The position numbers and the translations under genes are program-made. Positions 51,829 through 63,084 of a stretch of DNA of 64,000 bases are shown piece by piece. The DNA is taken from NCBI GenBank assembly GCA_963848295.1, contig CAWKDB010000010.1, positions 448,001 to 512,000 of the forward strand, written 5' to 3'. Positions within the stretch are counted from its first letter, which is position 1, and each line of letters begins with the position of its first letter. The stretch is from an uncultured delta proteobacterium. GTDB lineage: Bacteria > Myxococcota_A > Polyangia > Haliangiales > Haliangiaceae. The notes beneath the pieces were generated by a model. That model was not told the DNA's origin. It did not search any database and was given only the letters and a program-made list of their open reading frames with translations.

Positions 51829-52881
51829 ATGCCGGGTCGGCGTAGGCGTGGGAGCGCGAGCTCGGTCGCGAGGCTGCTGGCCGGTGCGCTCCTGCTCGCG
51901 TGCAGCTGTTTCTCGCCGGTGATCCACTTCGGCGAGGGCAAGTCGGCCAAGGAGGCTCAGCACGACAGGCTCCGCGAGCTCACGCCGCCGGTGCTGTCGC
52001 AAGATCGCCGGTGGACCGCCGAAGTTCGGGTCGCGAAGATCCGGGTGTGGGCGGACGACGAATATCGGGCGCAGAACCTGACCTGGCAGCGAGGGTTCGG
52101 TGAGCAGCTCGAGTACGCGAACGCGGTGCTCGAGCCGACGTTCGGGGTCCGGCTCGTGGCCGAGTATCAAGCGTGGGAACATCATGCTCCGGGCAGCACG
52201 CTCGCCGAGGATCTCCAGGCACTCGCTGCGGTCGACCGCGGCGACGGCGTGCTCTCGGTCGTCGGCTTGACCTCGGCGCTCGGGCTCGCGTCCGCGACGT
52301 TCGACGAGCTCGGCTATGCGAGCCTGCCGGGTCGCTACATCATGCTGCGCGGCTACGCCGATCTCGAAGAGCGCAAAGGCTTCACGCGCGCGTTCCCCGA
52401 TCTCGAAGCCGACGAGCGCGAATCCGCGTTGGAAGCCCGGCGCCGTCACAAGACAACCGCGGTGTTTCTCCACGAGCTCGGCCACAACCTCGGCGCTCCG
52501 CACGACGAGGCGCCCGACACCCTGATGAACGCGATCTACTCGGAGCACTCCGCCGGGTTCACCGACCGCACGCGCGAGTTGGTTGCGCGCGAGCTCGATC
52601 GCCGGCTTGGCGGCGGAGCCGGAGCCGCACCGGTCGCGGTGCCAGCACGACACCTCGCACTCGTGATCGCGATCGCCACGTCGGGCGAGATCACGATCGA
52701 CGGCGAGCCGGTCGCCGACGTCGAGCTCGATGCAAAGCTGAAAGCGATCTATCAGGCCGATCACGAGGCCGAGCTCACCGTCGAGCTGGCGCACGGCGCA
52801 CCGCGCGCGTTGCTCGTGGGCATCTTCGACCACGCGAAAGCGGTCGGGCTGAAACGGCTGTCGATCGGGATCGGCCCGTAG
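51829..52881 (+). CDS. Zinc metallopeptidase (metzincin-like) lipoprotein with a C-terminal ExbD/TolR-like domain
   Basis: HELGHNLGAPH and Met-turn-like LMNA; C-terminus LVIAIATSGEITIDG...LVGIFDHAKAVGLKRLSI; LLA-C lipobox-like. Start uncertain. Confidence 0.75.
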   Translation: MPGRRRRGSASSVARLLAGALLLACSCFSPVIHFGEGKSAKEAQHDRLRELTPPVLSQDRRWTAEVRVAKIRVWADDEYRAQNLTWQRGFGEQLEYANAVLEPTFGVRLVAEYQAWEHHAPGSTLAEDLQALAAVDRGDGVLSVVGLTSALGLASATFDELGYASLPGRYIMLRGYADLEERKGFTRAFPDLEADERESALEARRRHKTTAVFLHELGHNLGAPHDEAPDTLMNAIYSEHSAGFTDRTRELVARELDRRLGGGAGAAPVAVPARHLALVIAIATSGEITIDGEPVADVELDAKLKAIYQADHEAELTVELAHGAPRALLVGIFDHAKAVGLKRLSIGIGP

Positions 52882-53229
52882 CTACGTCCGCCAGGCGTCG
52901 CGGATCAGGTCGATCTGCTCGCCCGTGATCGCGACGACGTCGAACCGCGAGCGTGCAAAATCGGGATCGCGCAGCGCGATGTACTGGAGCGCGATCCGCG
53001 CGACCTGGCGTTGCTTCGTTCGGTCGACCATCTCCGCGGCGTGACCGTGGTCCGCGTCGCCGCGGCTGCGGACCTCGACGAACACCAGCACGCCGTTGTC
53101 GCGCGCGACGATGTCGAGCTCACCGCCCTTGATGCGGAAGTTGCGCTCGACGATCTGATAGCCCTCGCGTAGCAACAGCGCGACGGCGCGGGCCTCGGCC
53201 GAGTTGCCGCTGTCGATCGTACTAACCAT
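52882..53229 (-). CDS. yraN: YraN family (UPF0102) protein
   Basis: G..AE..A...L...GY.IVERNFR..GGELDIVA...LVFVEVRSR; RFDVVAI. Confidence 0.92.
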   Translation of the reverse strand: MVSTIDSGNSAEARAVALLLREGYQIVERNFRIKGGELDIVARDNGVLVFVEVRSRGDADHGHAAEMVDRTKQRQVARIALQYIALRDPDFARSRFDVVAITGEQIDLIRDAWRT

Positions 53230-53283
53230 CGCTCCTCACCCTTCCCGCCCACTCTATCTCGGGCCTGTGACGTCTCGAGCGGT

Positions 53284-53748
53284 CTACTTCTTCTTGCGCG
53301 GCTTCTTGGCCTTCGTCTCGCCGGTCTCGGCCGCCGCGGGCTCGCTGGCATCGGTGCCGACCTCGGCCGGTTCGCTCGCGCTGTCCTGCGTGTTGTCGCG
53401 CTCTTTGATGCGCGCCGCCTTACCGGACAGGTCGCGCAAATAGTAGAGCCGCGCCTGATGGACGCGACCCCGCGAGATGACCTCGACCTTGTCGATGTTC
53501 GGCGAGTTGTCCGGGAAGATCCTCTCGACGCCGACGCCGTACGAAATCTTTCGCACCGTGAAGGTCGAGCGCGCGCCCTTCGCGACGCGACGGATGCACA
53601 CGCCTTCGAAGGCTTGAAGGCGAGTCTTCTCGCCTTCGCGAATCTTCGCCCACACCTTGATCGAGTCGCCCGGGCGGAACTCTGGGAGCTCCCCACCGGT
53701 GCGTCGTTGGCTCTTGTCGATCGATTCGAGAATCCGGTGCGCGCTCAT
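53284..53748 (-). CDS. rplS: 50S ribosomal protein L19
   Basis: [42 protein letters not shown]. Confidence 0.97.
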   Translation of the reverse strand: MSAHRILESIDKSQRRTGGELPEFRPGDSIKVWAKIREGEKTRLQAFEGVCIRRVAKGARSTFTVRKISYGVGVERIFPDNSPNIDKVEVISRGRVHQARLYYLRDLSGKAARIKERDNTQDSASEPAEVGTDASEPAAAETGETKAKKPRKKK

Positions 53749-53810
53749 GGCGGTCAAACCTTGCAAAAGACGTTCGGGGGCAAGGGTTTGCCAGAGAATT
53801 GCCGCTCGCG

Positions 53811-55091
53811 TCAAGTCGCGATACCGAAGAGTCGATCGAGGATCACGGCGCCGGCGCTGCGAACCGACAGATGGTTCCACCCCGAACCTCCGTCGATCGG
53901 CGCAAGCACCCGCGATACCGGCAGATTTGCCTCGGCGAGCCCCCAGCCCGTGCCGAGGAGGAGCAGCATCGGCCCGATCGAAGTTTCTGCGAGCAGCTCG
54001 TCGGGAGTCACCCGTCGAACGCCCGGAAACGCCGCCGGGTTCGCCGAAGTCGCGACGACGAGCGGCGCGGCGCCGTAGCTCGCGGTCAGCTCGGCGGTCA
54101 CGGTTTCGATCGAATCGGCGGTGCGAACGAGGCGCAGCGCGGCCGCCCGATGCTCGCCCTGCTCGTCCGCCATCCAGCGCGACGCGATGTGCTCGGCCTT
54201 GTCTCGTTGCGACGTGATCGGCGTGACGATGTGGTAGCCGGCCAGCCCGTAGGTCAGCGACGACCGCGCGAGATCGTGGATGTCGAAGTTGGTCAACGCG
54301 GTCGTGATCACCGCGCCCGTGCGATCGACGACCGGATGATGAACGAGCGCGAGGTGGGTGCGGCGCGCGAGCGGGACCACGCCGTGGGTCGCCGCAGACT
54401 TCAGCTCGGCCGGCGTCGGACGATAGCGCCGCCACAACGCGGGACGGCGCGCGATCGTGCGCGCGATCGCCTGCGCTCGCCGCCACGCCGCGATCGCCGC
54501 GTGATTCCCGGACGCGAGCACCGCGGGGATCGGCCGCCCTTCCAGCTCGGCCGGCCGGGTGTAGTGCGGATACTCGACGAGCCCCGCCGAGAAGCTCTCG
54601 TCATCGGCCGACGCTGGCTCGCCGAGCACGCCCGGCACGAGCCGCGCGACCGCATCGATCACGACGAGCGCGCCGAGCTCGCCGCCCGACAAGACGTAGT
54701 CGCCGATCGAGAGCTGCTCGTCAATCGCGAGCTCGGTGACCCGCTCGTCGACGCCTTCGTAGCGCCCGCACACGAGGACGACGTGTGGTAGGGCCGCAAG
54801 CGCTCGCACCCGCGCCTGGGTCAACGGTGCGCCGCCGGCGGACAGCAAGATGCGATGCCCCGGGCCGGCCTTGGCGATCGCGGCGAGCAGCGGCTCCGGT
54901 TTCATCACCATCCCCGGGCCGCCGCCGTAAGGCGTGTCGTCGACCGTGCGGTGCTTGTCGCTCGTGAACTCGCGCGGATCGATCGTGTCGACCGCGATGA
55001 CGCCGGCCTTGACCGCGCGGCTGACCACGCCGCCGCCGTCGAGCACCGGCCCGATCAGCTCGGGCAGCAACGTGACGACCGTGAACTTCAT
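53811..55091 (-). CDS. trmD: tRNA (guanine37-N1)-methyltransferase TrmD fused to a C-terminal SPOUT (DUF2168-like) domain
   Basis: [44 protein letters not shown]; then LVHHPV...[10 protein letters not shown]...GTGWGL...NHLSVRSA. Confidence 0.95.
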   Translation of the reverse strand: MKFTVVTLLPELIGPVLDGGGVVSRAVKAGVIAVDTIDPREFTSDKHRTVDDTPYGGGPGMVMKPEPLLAAIAKAGPGHRILLSAGGAPLTQARVRALAALPHVVLVCGRYEGVDERVTELAIDEQLSIGDYVLSGGELGALVVIDAVARLVPGVLGEPASADDESFSAGLVEYPHYTRPAELEGRPIPAVLASGNHAAIAAWRRAQAIARTIARRPALWRRYRPTPAELKSAATHGVVPLARRTHLALVHHPVVDRTGAVITTALTNFDIHDLARSSLTYGLAGYHIVTPITSQRDKAEHIASRWMADEQGEHRAAALRLVRTADSIETVTAELTASYGAAPLVVATSANPAAFPGVRRVTPDELLAETSIGPMLLLLGTGWGLAEANLPVSRVLAPIDGGSGWNHLSVRSAGAVILDRLFGIAT

Positions 55092-55597
55092 CGCCGCTGG
55101 CTCTCGGGCAGCCCGTCCGGCGGATCGACGGTGATGACCCGGCCTTCGAGATCGATGTCGACGACGTAGACCTCGACGAGCGGCAGCAAGCGCTCGAGGT
55201 CGCCGTCGTGGATCACGAGCAGCTCTTGGACCGAGCTCGCATCGATCGCGGCGACCGTGCCGTACGGCGAGCCGTCCAGTCGGCGCACCGCGCAGCCGAC
55301 GAGGTCGGACAGCAGCACGTCGTCGTCGCCGAGCCCGAGCGCGTCGCGATCGACCTCGACCTTCGCGCCCCGGAGCGCCTCGGCGTCGTTGCGCGTCGTC
55401 ACGCCGTCGAGCGCGACCAGCCAACCGCGATGGGTCGACCGCGCCTGCTTGATCGTGCGGGCGACGCCGCCGACCCAGATGGTCTCGACCTCGCCGAGCG
55501 TCGCGGAGTCGGGATCGTGCGTGAAGATCGCGACCTCGCCGCGGATCCCGTGGGCCCGAGCGATGGCGCCGATCTCGATCCGCGCGGCTCCGCCCAC
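55088..55597 (-). CDS. rimM: Ribosome maturation factor RimM
   Basis: IG.I.RAHGIRGEV, RNDAEALRG, DLVG, LLP; operon context. Confidence 0.93.
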   Translation of the reverse strand: MGGAARIEIGAIARAHGIRGEVAIFTHDPDSATLGEVETIWVGGVARTIKQARSTHRGWLVALDGVTTRNDAEALRGAKVEVDRDALGLGDDDVLLSDLVGCAVRRLDGSPYGTVAAIDASSVQELLVIHDGDLERLLPLVEVYVVDIDLEGRVITVDPPDGLPESQRR

Positions 55598-55611
55598 AGC
55601 GATGACCGTTG

Positions 55612-55859
<248 letters not shown>

Positions 55860-55860
<1 letters not shown>

Positions 55861-56111
55861 TACGCGGCCTTGGCGGCGGTGCGTGCGACGCGACGGACGA
55901 TCGAACCGAGCGTGCCGCTCGGCTGAGCGCCGACCTTGAGCCACTTGTCGTAGCGCTCTTGGTCGAGCTTCAGGACCTTAGTAGTCGGATGATAAGTGCC
56001 GAGCAATTCGATGAACCGGCCATCGCGCGCGCACCGCTTGTCAGCGGCCACGATTCGATAGAACGGGGACTTCTTCTTGCCTTGGCGGGAAAACCGAATG
56101 ACGACAGCCAT
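55860..56111 (-). CDS. rpsP: 30S ribosomal protein S16
   Basis: PFYRIVAAD..ARDGRFIELLGTY.P, WLKVGAQPS. Confidence 0.97.
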
Positions 56112-56246
56112 ATGTTCCTTGCAACCTGCGTTCGATCACACCGCACCGCCATTCGGCGGTGCTGCCGACCCAGGCAAGCCTGGGCCGTCGAGCGCGGCAA
56201 TCTACCCAGGCATGTCGGACCTGTCAACGTGGTATACGAGCTGGCG

Positions 56247-57948
56247 ATGCGCCGGCGGATGGCCGCTCTCGGGGTCGTGCTCGCGGCCGCTTGTTGCTCG
56301 AAATCTGAAGTGAAAGACGGGGGTTCGGGCTCGGCGCTCGGCAAGCCTCCGGTCGCGTTCACGGTGTTCGCGCTCGCCGAGGTCCGTGGCCAGATCGGGC
56401 CTTGCGGCTGCACCTCGGACCCCCTCGGGGATATCTCGCGGACCGCGAAGCTGATCGCCGATGCGCGCGCGAAGGGGCCGGTGCTGGTGGTCGATGCCGG
56501 CGGCCTGCTGTATTCGCAGAACCCGGTCCCGCCGCACCTCGAGGCCGAGGAGCAGCTCAAGGCCAATCTCCTGGCGTCTCTATATAAGGAGCCGCTCCAG
56601 GTCGCCGCGCTCGGGGTCGGCGCGTCCGACCTCGCCGAGGGCGAAGGCTCGGTCCGGCTGCCGCGCGAGCTCGTCAACCCGCCCGCCGAATCCAAGCTCC
56701 CGATCGAGGCGCCGAAGGTCATCCAGGTCGGCGATGCGAAGGTCGGCGTGTTCGGCGTGATCGCCGAGGACTCGTTCAGCCACTTCGCGGTCACCGCGCC
56801 CGTCGCCGCTGCGAAGCTCGCGGTCACCGGGCTGCGGGGGCGCGGCGCCGACATCATCGTCGCGTTGGTTCAAGCCGGCAGCAAGAAGGACGCGGTCGAC
56901 CTGATCCGCGAGATCGGCGGCATCGACCTCGCGATCGCCGGCTTGGGGCTCGACGCGCCCGAGCCCGAGAACATCGAGATCGAGCCGTCGAAGGTCGGCG
57001 ACGGCTGGCTGATCATTCCGGCGGACCGCGGCCAGGTACTGAGCCGGATCGACGTCTCGCTGCGCCGCGACGGCGCGCACGCCGTGTTGCCGCTGGTCGA
57101 TGCCGGCGGCGCGGCCGCGGCGACCGCGAAGATCGCCGCGATCGATAAGCGCCTCGCCGGGCTCGATGTCGAGCTCGCGAAGTTCGCGGCCGACAAGACC
57201 GCCGATCCGACGTTCGTCGCGACGAAGAAGGCCGAGCGCTCCGGCCTGGTGGCGCAGCGTGCCGAGCTCGTCGCCCATCCGCTCCGGGCCCCGGCGCGCG
57301 GCAGCTACTTCACGCTCGACCAGATCCGGATCGACAAGGCGCTCCCCTGTAGTGCGCCGGTGCAGGCGGCGGTGCGCGCCTACGATCGCGACGCCGGCGC
57401 TGCGAACGTCAAGGCCGCCGACGACAAGCCGGTCCCCGAGCCGCCGAAAGGCCAAGCGACCTACGTCGGGATGGCGGCGTGCAGCGACTGTCACGACGAT
57501 GAAGTCGAGTTCTGGAAGAAGACCGTGCACGCGCGGGCCTGGCAGACGCTGGTCGATCGCGGCCAGCAGTTCGACTACGAGTGCATCGGCTGTCACATCA
57601 CCGGGTTCGACAAGCCGGGCGGCTCGAACCTCGCGCATAACGACAACCTGCGCGACGTCCAGTGCGAGACTTGCCACGGCCCTGGTTCGATCCACGTCGC
57701 GAAAGGCGGGGAGGAGAAGCCGCCCGCTGTGAAGCGCGCGCCGTCGCCCGATCTGTGCGCGACCCAGTGCCACACGCACGAGCACAGCGACACGTTCCAG
57801 TACGACGCGTACCTGCGCGACATCGTCGGTGCCGGGCCACGGCGACGACCGGCGCAAGCAGCTCGGCGATGGCCCGACCGGGCACGAGCTGCGCAAGGCC
57901 GCGCTGGATAAAGCCGGTAAGACCGTCGGCGCCGGCTGCATCCGATGA
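56247..57948 (+). CDS. Lipoprotein with an UshA/5'-nucleotidase-like N-terminal domain and a multiheme cytochrome c (c554-like) domain; +1 frameshift at ~57835
   Basis: Lipobox AAA-C; GQIGPCGC...GDISR...VVDAG; CSDCH, CIGCH, CETCH, CATQCH; the corrected frame ends in ATGA overlapping the next gene. Confidence 0.82.
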
Positions 57949-58353
57949 CCGTCGACGTGACACGTGCACGTGCACGTGCGCGTGCCCGAATCGGACTGGC
58001 GATCGCATTAGCTGCCTGTAGCAGCGCGCCGCGCCACACGACGACGACGGTCGCGCCGACGACGACCGGCGTCGTCCATGGCATGGCGTCGTTCTACAGC
58101 GAACCGCAGATGACCGCATCGGGCGAGCGGTTCGACAAGCACGCGCTGACCGCGGCGCATCGCACGCTGCCGTTCGGTACGTCGGGTCAGGGTGACGAAC
58201 GAGCGCAACGGCCGCAGCGTGATCGTGCGGATCAACGATCGCGGTCCGTACAGCCACGGCCGGATCATCGACCTGTCCGAAGCGGCCGCCCGCGAGCTGC
58301 GGATGATCGACGCAGGTGTCGTGCCCGTAACGCTCGAGGTGCTGAGCAGGTGA
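57945..58353 (+). CDS. rlpA: RlpA-family lytic transglycosylase lipoprotein; +1 frameshift at ~58182
   Basis: Lipobox [30 protein letters not shown]; next frame continues VRVTN...[11 protein letters not shown]...IIDLSEAAA. Confidence 0.88.
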
Positions 58354-59315
58354 CGGAGCCAACGAGCACGCCCGCGTTGATCGCGACTCGCGGGTTGACG
58401 AAGCGGTTCGCCGGCATCACCGCGCTGTCGGCGTTGACCGCGACGATCGACGGCAAGATCATCGGCTTGCTGGGCCCGAACGGCGCGGGCAAGTCGACGT
58501 TGCTCAAGTGTCTGCTCGGGCTCGTGCCGTTCGACGGCGAAGCCGACGTGCTCGGGCTGTCGGCGCGAACGCGCGGGACCGAGATCCGCGACCGCGTCGG
58601 CTACATGCCCGAGCAGGAGGCGTTCCTGTCCGGGATGAGCGCGGTCGAGATGTGCACGTACGCCGCCGAGCTTTCGGGCTTGCCGCGGACCGAGGCGATG
58701 CAGCGCGCACACGCCGCGTTGTACTACGCCGGGCTCGAGGACAAGCGCTACCTGCCGATCGACGGCTACTCGACCGGGATGAAGCAACGCGTGAAGCTCG
58801 CGCAGGCGCTCGTCCACGATCCCGAGCTGCTGTTTCTCGACGAGCCGACCAACGGCCTCGATCCGCGCTCGCGCGGTGACATGCTCGAGCTGATCGCGGA
58901 GCTGCCGCAGCGCCGGGGCTGCGCGATCGTGCTGTCGACGCACCTCCTGCCCGATGTCGAGCGGGTGTGCGACCACGCCGTCATCATGCATCGCGGCGAG
59001 CTGCGGTTCTCCGGAACGATCGACGAGCTTCGTGGCGCTCGCGGCCGCGAGAGCGAGCTCGCGATCGAGGTCAAGGCCGAGCCGGCCAAGCTCGCCGAGG
59101 CGCTGACCACGGCCGGTGCGACGTGCAAGGTGACCTCACCGATCGCGCTCGAAGTCGATCTGCCGAGCCACGCGACCGCCGAGCTCGTGTTCGCGCGCGC
59201 GAAGGACGCGGGCGTGCAGATCCGCGGGCTGGAGGTCAGGCGCGAGAGCGTCGAAGCGGCGTTCATGCGCGTGCTCGGCGAAGCGCCGGCGAAACCAGCG
59301 AGCCCCTCCGCATGA
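58350..59315 (+). CDS. ABC transporter ATP-binding protein
   Basis: [26 protein letters not shown]. Confidence 0.93.
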   Translation: MTEPTSTPALIATRGLTKRFAGITALSALTATIDGKIIGLLGPNGAGKSTLLKCLLGLVPFDGEADVLGLSARTRGTEIRDRVGYMPEQEAFLSGMSAVEMCTYAAELSGLPRTEAMQRAHAALYYAGLEDKRYLPIDGYSTGMKQRVKLAQALVHDPELLFLDEPTNGLDPRSRGDMLELIAELPQRRGCAIVLSTHLLPDVERVCDHAVIMHRGELRFSGTIDELRGARGRESELAIEVKAEPAKLAEALTTAGATCKVTSPIALEVDLPSHATAELVFARAKDAGVQIRGLEVRRESVEAAFMRVLGEAPAKPASPSA

Positions 59316-60220
59316 GCCAAGGCACGATCCACGACCTCGGCTACAAGCGCTACGCCGGGACCCGCCGTTCGACCGGGACGCGCTGGCGCGTCGTGATGCG
59401 CCAGCAGATCGCATCGGCATGGAAGACGTGGTTCCGTTACAAGGCATGGGTCGGGTTCGCGGTGATCACGACGTGCGTCGCCGGCATGTTGATGTACCTC
59501 GCGACCTACGTGCCGAACCTCCACGTGCTCAGCGACGTGCTCGTCGGCGGTCATGGCAAGCACATCGAGCTCGCCGATGTCCCGCTGCCGAACGCGATCG
59601 CCTGGTACTGCCGTGGCGCGTTCCTGTGCACGCTCACGCTCGGCATCGGCGTGATCGCGAACGACATGCGCAGCGGCGCGTTCACGTTCTACTTCTCGCG
59701 CTCGTTGCGACCGACCGATTACGTGCTCGGCAAGCTCGCCGGCCTGGGCTTCGTGATGGCGACGATCACGATGGCCGGGCCGGTGTTGCTCGCGATCATG
59801 CGGTTGACGCTCGCGACGTCGACCGATGAGCTCTGGCACCTGTTGCCGCTGATCCCGAAGGCGCTCGCGGTCGGCGCGTTGACGACGCTGACCTACGCCG
59901 CGGTGCCGCTCGCGTTCTCGGCGCTGCTCTCGCATCGCGGCTACGCGCTCGCGGCGTGGGCGGCGTATTACGTGATCGCCGGCGAGATCGCCGCGGACGG
60001 CTTCTCGTCGACCCCGGCGATCTCGGCGTTCGACTTGCCCACCGCGATTCGCGGCGTCGCGTTCTGGTTGTTCGACGTCGAACCGATTCGCGGCACCGCC
60101 GAGCTCGCGCCGATCGGCGCCTGCGTCATCTCGCTCGCGATCCAGATCGGCGCCGCGCTCGCGATCGCCTACTACATGGTGCGCCGCGCGAGCGATAGCG
60201 GGGTCGGAGGCGCGACATGA
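59312..60220 (+). CDS. ABC-2 type permease
   Basis: About six TM helices; IANDMRSGAFTFYFSRSL...YVLGK. Confidence 0.88.
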   Translation: MSQGTIHDLGYKRYAGTRRSTGTRWRVVMRQQIASAWKTWFRYKAWVGFAVITTCVAGMLMYLATYVPNLHVLSDVLVGGHGKHIELADVPLPNAIAWYCRGAFLCTLTLGIGVIANDMRSGAFTFYFSRSLRPTDYVLGKLAGLGFVMATITMAGPVLLAIMRLTLATSTDELWHLLPLIPKALAVGALTTLTYAAVPLAFSALLSHRGYALAAWAAYYVIAGEIAADGFSSTPAISAFDLPTAIRGVAFWLFDVEPIRGTAELAPIGACVISLAIQIGAALAIAYYMVRRASDSGVGGAT

Positions 60221-61149
60221 CCGAGGCCGCGGTCGTCGTCGATAATTGCAGCAAGTGGTACGGCCACGTGCTCGGCATGTCGGACGTGTCGTGGACGCTG
60301 CGCGGCGGCATCGTCGGCTTGCTCGGTCCGAACGGCGCGGGCAAGTCGACGCTGATCAAGATGATGGCCGGCTTGCTGCGCCCGTCGCGCGGCACGCTCA
60401 CCGTGTTCGGCGCGCAGCCGTTCCTCGACGCGAGCGTGCGCCGGCGCATCGGCTACGCGCCCGAGCACGAGAAGACCTGGGACGAGCTCACCGCACTCGA
60501 GCTCGTGACCGTGCTGGCGCGGCTCGCCGGCGTGCCCGCGCCGCGCGCGAAGGCCGCCGCCGAGACCGCGCTCGATCAGATGGGCATGGCCGATGCCCGC
60601 CACCGTCGCGTCCGCGGGTTCTCGAAAGGCATGCGCCAGCGCACGAAGCTCGCCGGCGCGATCGCCCACGAGCCAGATCTCTTGCTGCTCGACGAGCCGC
60701 TGACCGGCGTCGATCCCGTCGCGCGCGTCGATATCGTCGATTGCATCCGCAAGCTCGGCGACGCGGGCAAGACCGTCGTGGTGTCGAGCCACGTGCTCTA
60801 CGAGATCGAAGCGCTGACCCGCGAGATCGTCGTGATCTACCGCGGCCAGGTGCTCGCCGAGGGCAACGTCTACGAGATCCGCAAGCTGATCGATCGCCAT
60901 CCGCATCGCATCCGGATCGCGTGTGACCAACCGCGCACCGTCGCCGCCGCGCTCGCGACCGCGGATCACGTGGCGCGCATCGTGTTCGAGCGCGACGCGA
61001 TCATGATCGAGACGCGCGACCCGGATCGCTGCTACCACGAGCTGTCGGAGACCGTGCTCGCGCATCACATCGCGGTCGCGGCGCTGACCTCGCCGGACAA
61101 CAACCTCGGTGCGGTGTTCGACTACCTGACCGGCGGAGTCCCCGAGTGA
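60217..61149 (+). CDS. ABC transporter ATP-binding protein
   Basis: [26 protein letters not shown]. Confidence 0.93.
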   Translation: MTEAAVVVDNCSKWYGHVLGMSDVSWTLRGGIVGLLGPNGAGKSTLIKMMAGLLRPSRGTLTVFGAQPFLDASVRRRIGYAPEHEKTWDELTALELVTVLARLAGVPAPRAKAAAETALDQMGMADARHRRVRGFSKGMRQRTKLAGAIAHEPDLLLLDEPLTGVDPVARVDIVDCIRKLGDAGKTVVVSSHVLYEIEALTREIVVIYRGQVLAEGNVYEIRKLIDRHPHRIRIACDQPRTVAAALATADHVARIVFERDAIMIETRDPDRCYHELSETVLAHHIAVAALTSPDNNLGAVFDYLTGGVPE

Positions 61150-61835
61150 GCGACCCGACCCGCACCGTGCCGAGCGCGTTCGAATCGATCGCGACGCTCG
61201 CCGGCTTGACGTTCAGGCGGCTCGCCCGCGGCAAGGCGATCTGGCTCTGTCTCGTGATCGCGGTGCTGCCCCTGCTGTTCGCGGCCAGGGTCCCCGGCGG
61301 GGACAAGCTGTCCAAGATGTTGACGTTCGAGGTCATCGTGGTCGCGCTCCTCGCGCCGTTCCTCGTCGCGTCCGCGATCGGCGACGACATCGAGGACCGC
61401 ACGCTGACCTACGTGTGGTCGCGCCCGTTGCCGCGGTGGACGTACGTGATCGGCAAGCTCGTCGCCGTCGTGCCCGTCGCGCTCGTCACCGTGCTCGCGA
61501 GCTGGACCGCCGCGTGCGAGATCGGCGTGCACTCGACGCCGTGGACGTGGTCGTACCTCGGGCTCGGCGCCGGCACGCTCTCGGTGTCGTGCGTCGCTGC
61601 CGGCATCGCGACGTTGGCACCGAAGTACGGCACCGCGCTGTCGGTCTCGTACATGCTGATGATCGATCTGGTGATCGGCGAGATACCCGCGAACCTCCAG
61701 TCGCTGAGCATCGGCCGCGCGGCGCGAGAGATCGCGAAGCACGACCATGTAGGGAGCTCGTTCACCACGCTGTTCGTGTTCGCGGCGATCGGGCTCGCGC
61801 TCGGGTTGCTGCGCATCCGCAAGCTCGAAGCTTAG
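61146..61835 (+). CDS. ABC-2 type permease
   Basis: IGDDIEDRTLTYVWSRPL.R...VIGK; several TM helices. Confidence 0.88.
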   Translation: MSDPTRTVPSAFESIATLAGLTFRRLARGKAIWLCLVIAVLPLLFAARVPGGDKLSKMLTFEVIVVALLAPFLVASAIGDDIEDRTLTYVWSRPLPRWTYVIGKLVAVVPVALVTVLASWTAACEIGVHSTPWTWSYLGLGAGTLSVSCVAAGIATLAPKYGTALSVSYMLMIDLVIGEIPANLQSLSIGRAAREIAKHDHVGSSFTTLFVFAAIGLALGLLRIRKLEA

Positions 61836-61873
61836 GGCTAGCGCCCCCATCGCGATCGCGCGACGATGGAGAG

Positions 61874-63082
61874 ATGAAGCTCGCCGCGCTCGTCGTGCTC
61901 GCGATCGGCTGTGGCGGTGGCATGGGCGGTGGCATGGGCGGTGGCGGTGGTGGCGGTGGCGGCGGTGGCGGCGGCGGCGGCCCGACGACGCTGCTGGGCC
62001 GGCAAGAGCAGCTCGCGATGACGTTGCGGGGCACGACCGACTTCATGATCGGAGTCGGCAACGACAACACCGGGCCGTACGACCACGCGGTGCCGATCGA
62101 TCTGCACTACGCCTACCTCGACGGCTACGGCGACGAAGGCGGCTGGCCGACGTGGAACACCGACGGTGACTACCCCCTGTACTTCGAGCAAGCGGACGCG
62201 CCGCATGCGGTGTCGTCGTGGTTCACGTATTACCAGCTCGCGCTCGAGCTACAGAACAACAACGACGCGGTGCTCGCCGACCCGACGCGGATGGGTCAAT
62301 ACCTCAGCGACATGCGCCTGCTGTTCCAGAAGATCGACGACAACGGCGCGCCCGCGATCGTCCAGATCGAGCCCGACTTCTTCGGCTTCCTGATGCAGCG
62401 CGCGGCGAATGGCATGACGCCGGATCAAATCCCCGCGGCGGTCAGCGCACCCGAGTGTCCGAACGCGGCGCAGACGGTCAGCGGGCTCATGCACTGCGTC
62501 GTCGCGATCGGACGCGCGACCGCGCCCGATGCGCTGATCGGCTTCCACGCGTCGCAATGGGGCGCTTACTTCGATCCGACCGATCCGAACGCCGATGTCG
62601 CCGGGTCGGGCAAGACCGTCGCGGATTTCTTGATGTCGATCGGCGCCGACGGCACCGACTTCGTCACGGTCGAGACGCTCGATCGCGACGCCGGGTTCTG
62701 GGAGACCGACGGCGGCGGCACGACGTGCTCGGTGACCGACGGCTCGCGTGGCCCGGTCTATTGGGACGAAGCGAACGTCAGCTATCCGAACTTCGCGCAG
62801 CACCTCGCGTGGGTCAGCGCGCTCACCGCCGAGATGAACCTGCCGGCGCTCGAATGGCAGACCCCGCTCGGTGTCCCGTCGGATACGTGCGGCGGCACCG
62901 ACATGCATTGGCGCGACAATCGCGTGCACTACTTCTTCGGCCACGTCCCCGATCTGGTCGGCGCCGGCATCGCCGGGATGGCATTCGGGACGGGCGCCGG
63001 CGATCAAACCGATCTGAGCAGCGACGGCGATCAGCTCAAGAACGCCGCGACCGCGTACGCGGCTGCGCCGGTCGCGATGTAA
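61874..63082 (+). CDS. Lipoprotein with a poly-Gly linker and a probable glycoside-hydrolase-like barrel
   Basis: Lipobox AIG-C; Gly tract; YAYL, FTYYQ, IEPDFFG and EWQTP motifs suggest a GH-A-like fold (inference). Confidence 0.65.
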   Translation: MKLAALVVLAIGCGGGMGGGMGGGGGGGGGGGGGGGPTTLLGRQEQLAMTLRGTTDFMIGVGNDNTGPYDHAVPIDLHYAYLDGYGDEGGWPTWNTDGDYPLYFEQADAPHAVSSWFTYYQLALELQNNNDAVLADPTRMGQYLSDMRLLFQKIDDNGAPAIVQIEPDFFGFLMQRAANGMTPDQIPAAVSAPECPNAAQTVSGLMHCVVAIGRATAPDALIGFHASQWGAYFDPTDPNADVAGSGKTVADFLMSIGADGTDFVTVETLDRDAGFWETDGGGTTCSVTDGSRGPVYWDEANVSYPNFAQHLAWVSALTAEMNLPALEWQTPLGVPSDTCGGTDMHWRDNRVHYFFGHVPDLVGAGIAGMAFGTGAGDQTDLSSDGDQLKNAATAYAAAPVAM

Positions 63083-63084
63083 CG

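Noticed and set aside
57961..57978. (CACGTG)3 palindromic repeat
   Set aside because: Encodes the Arg-Ala n-region of the RlpA signal peptide; too short to assign another role.
61911..61980. GGCGGT/GGCATG repeat tract
   Set aside because: Encodes the poly-Gly linker of a lipoprotein.
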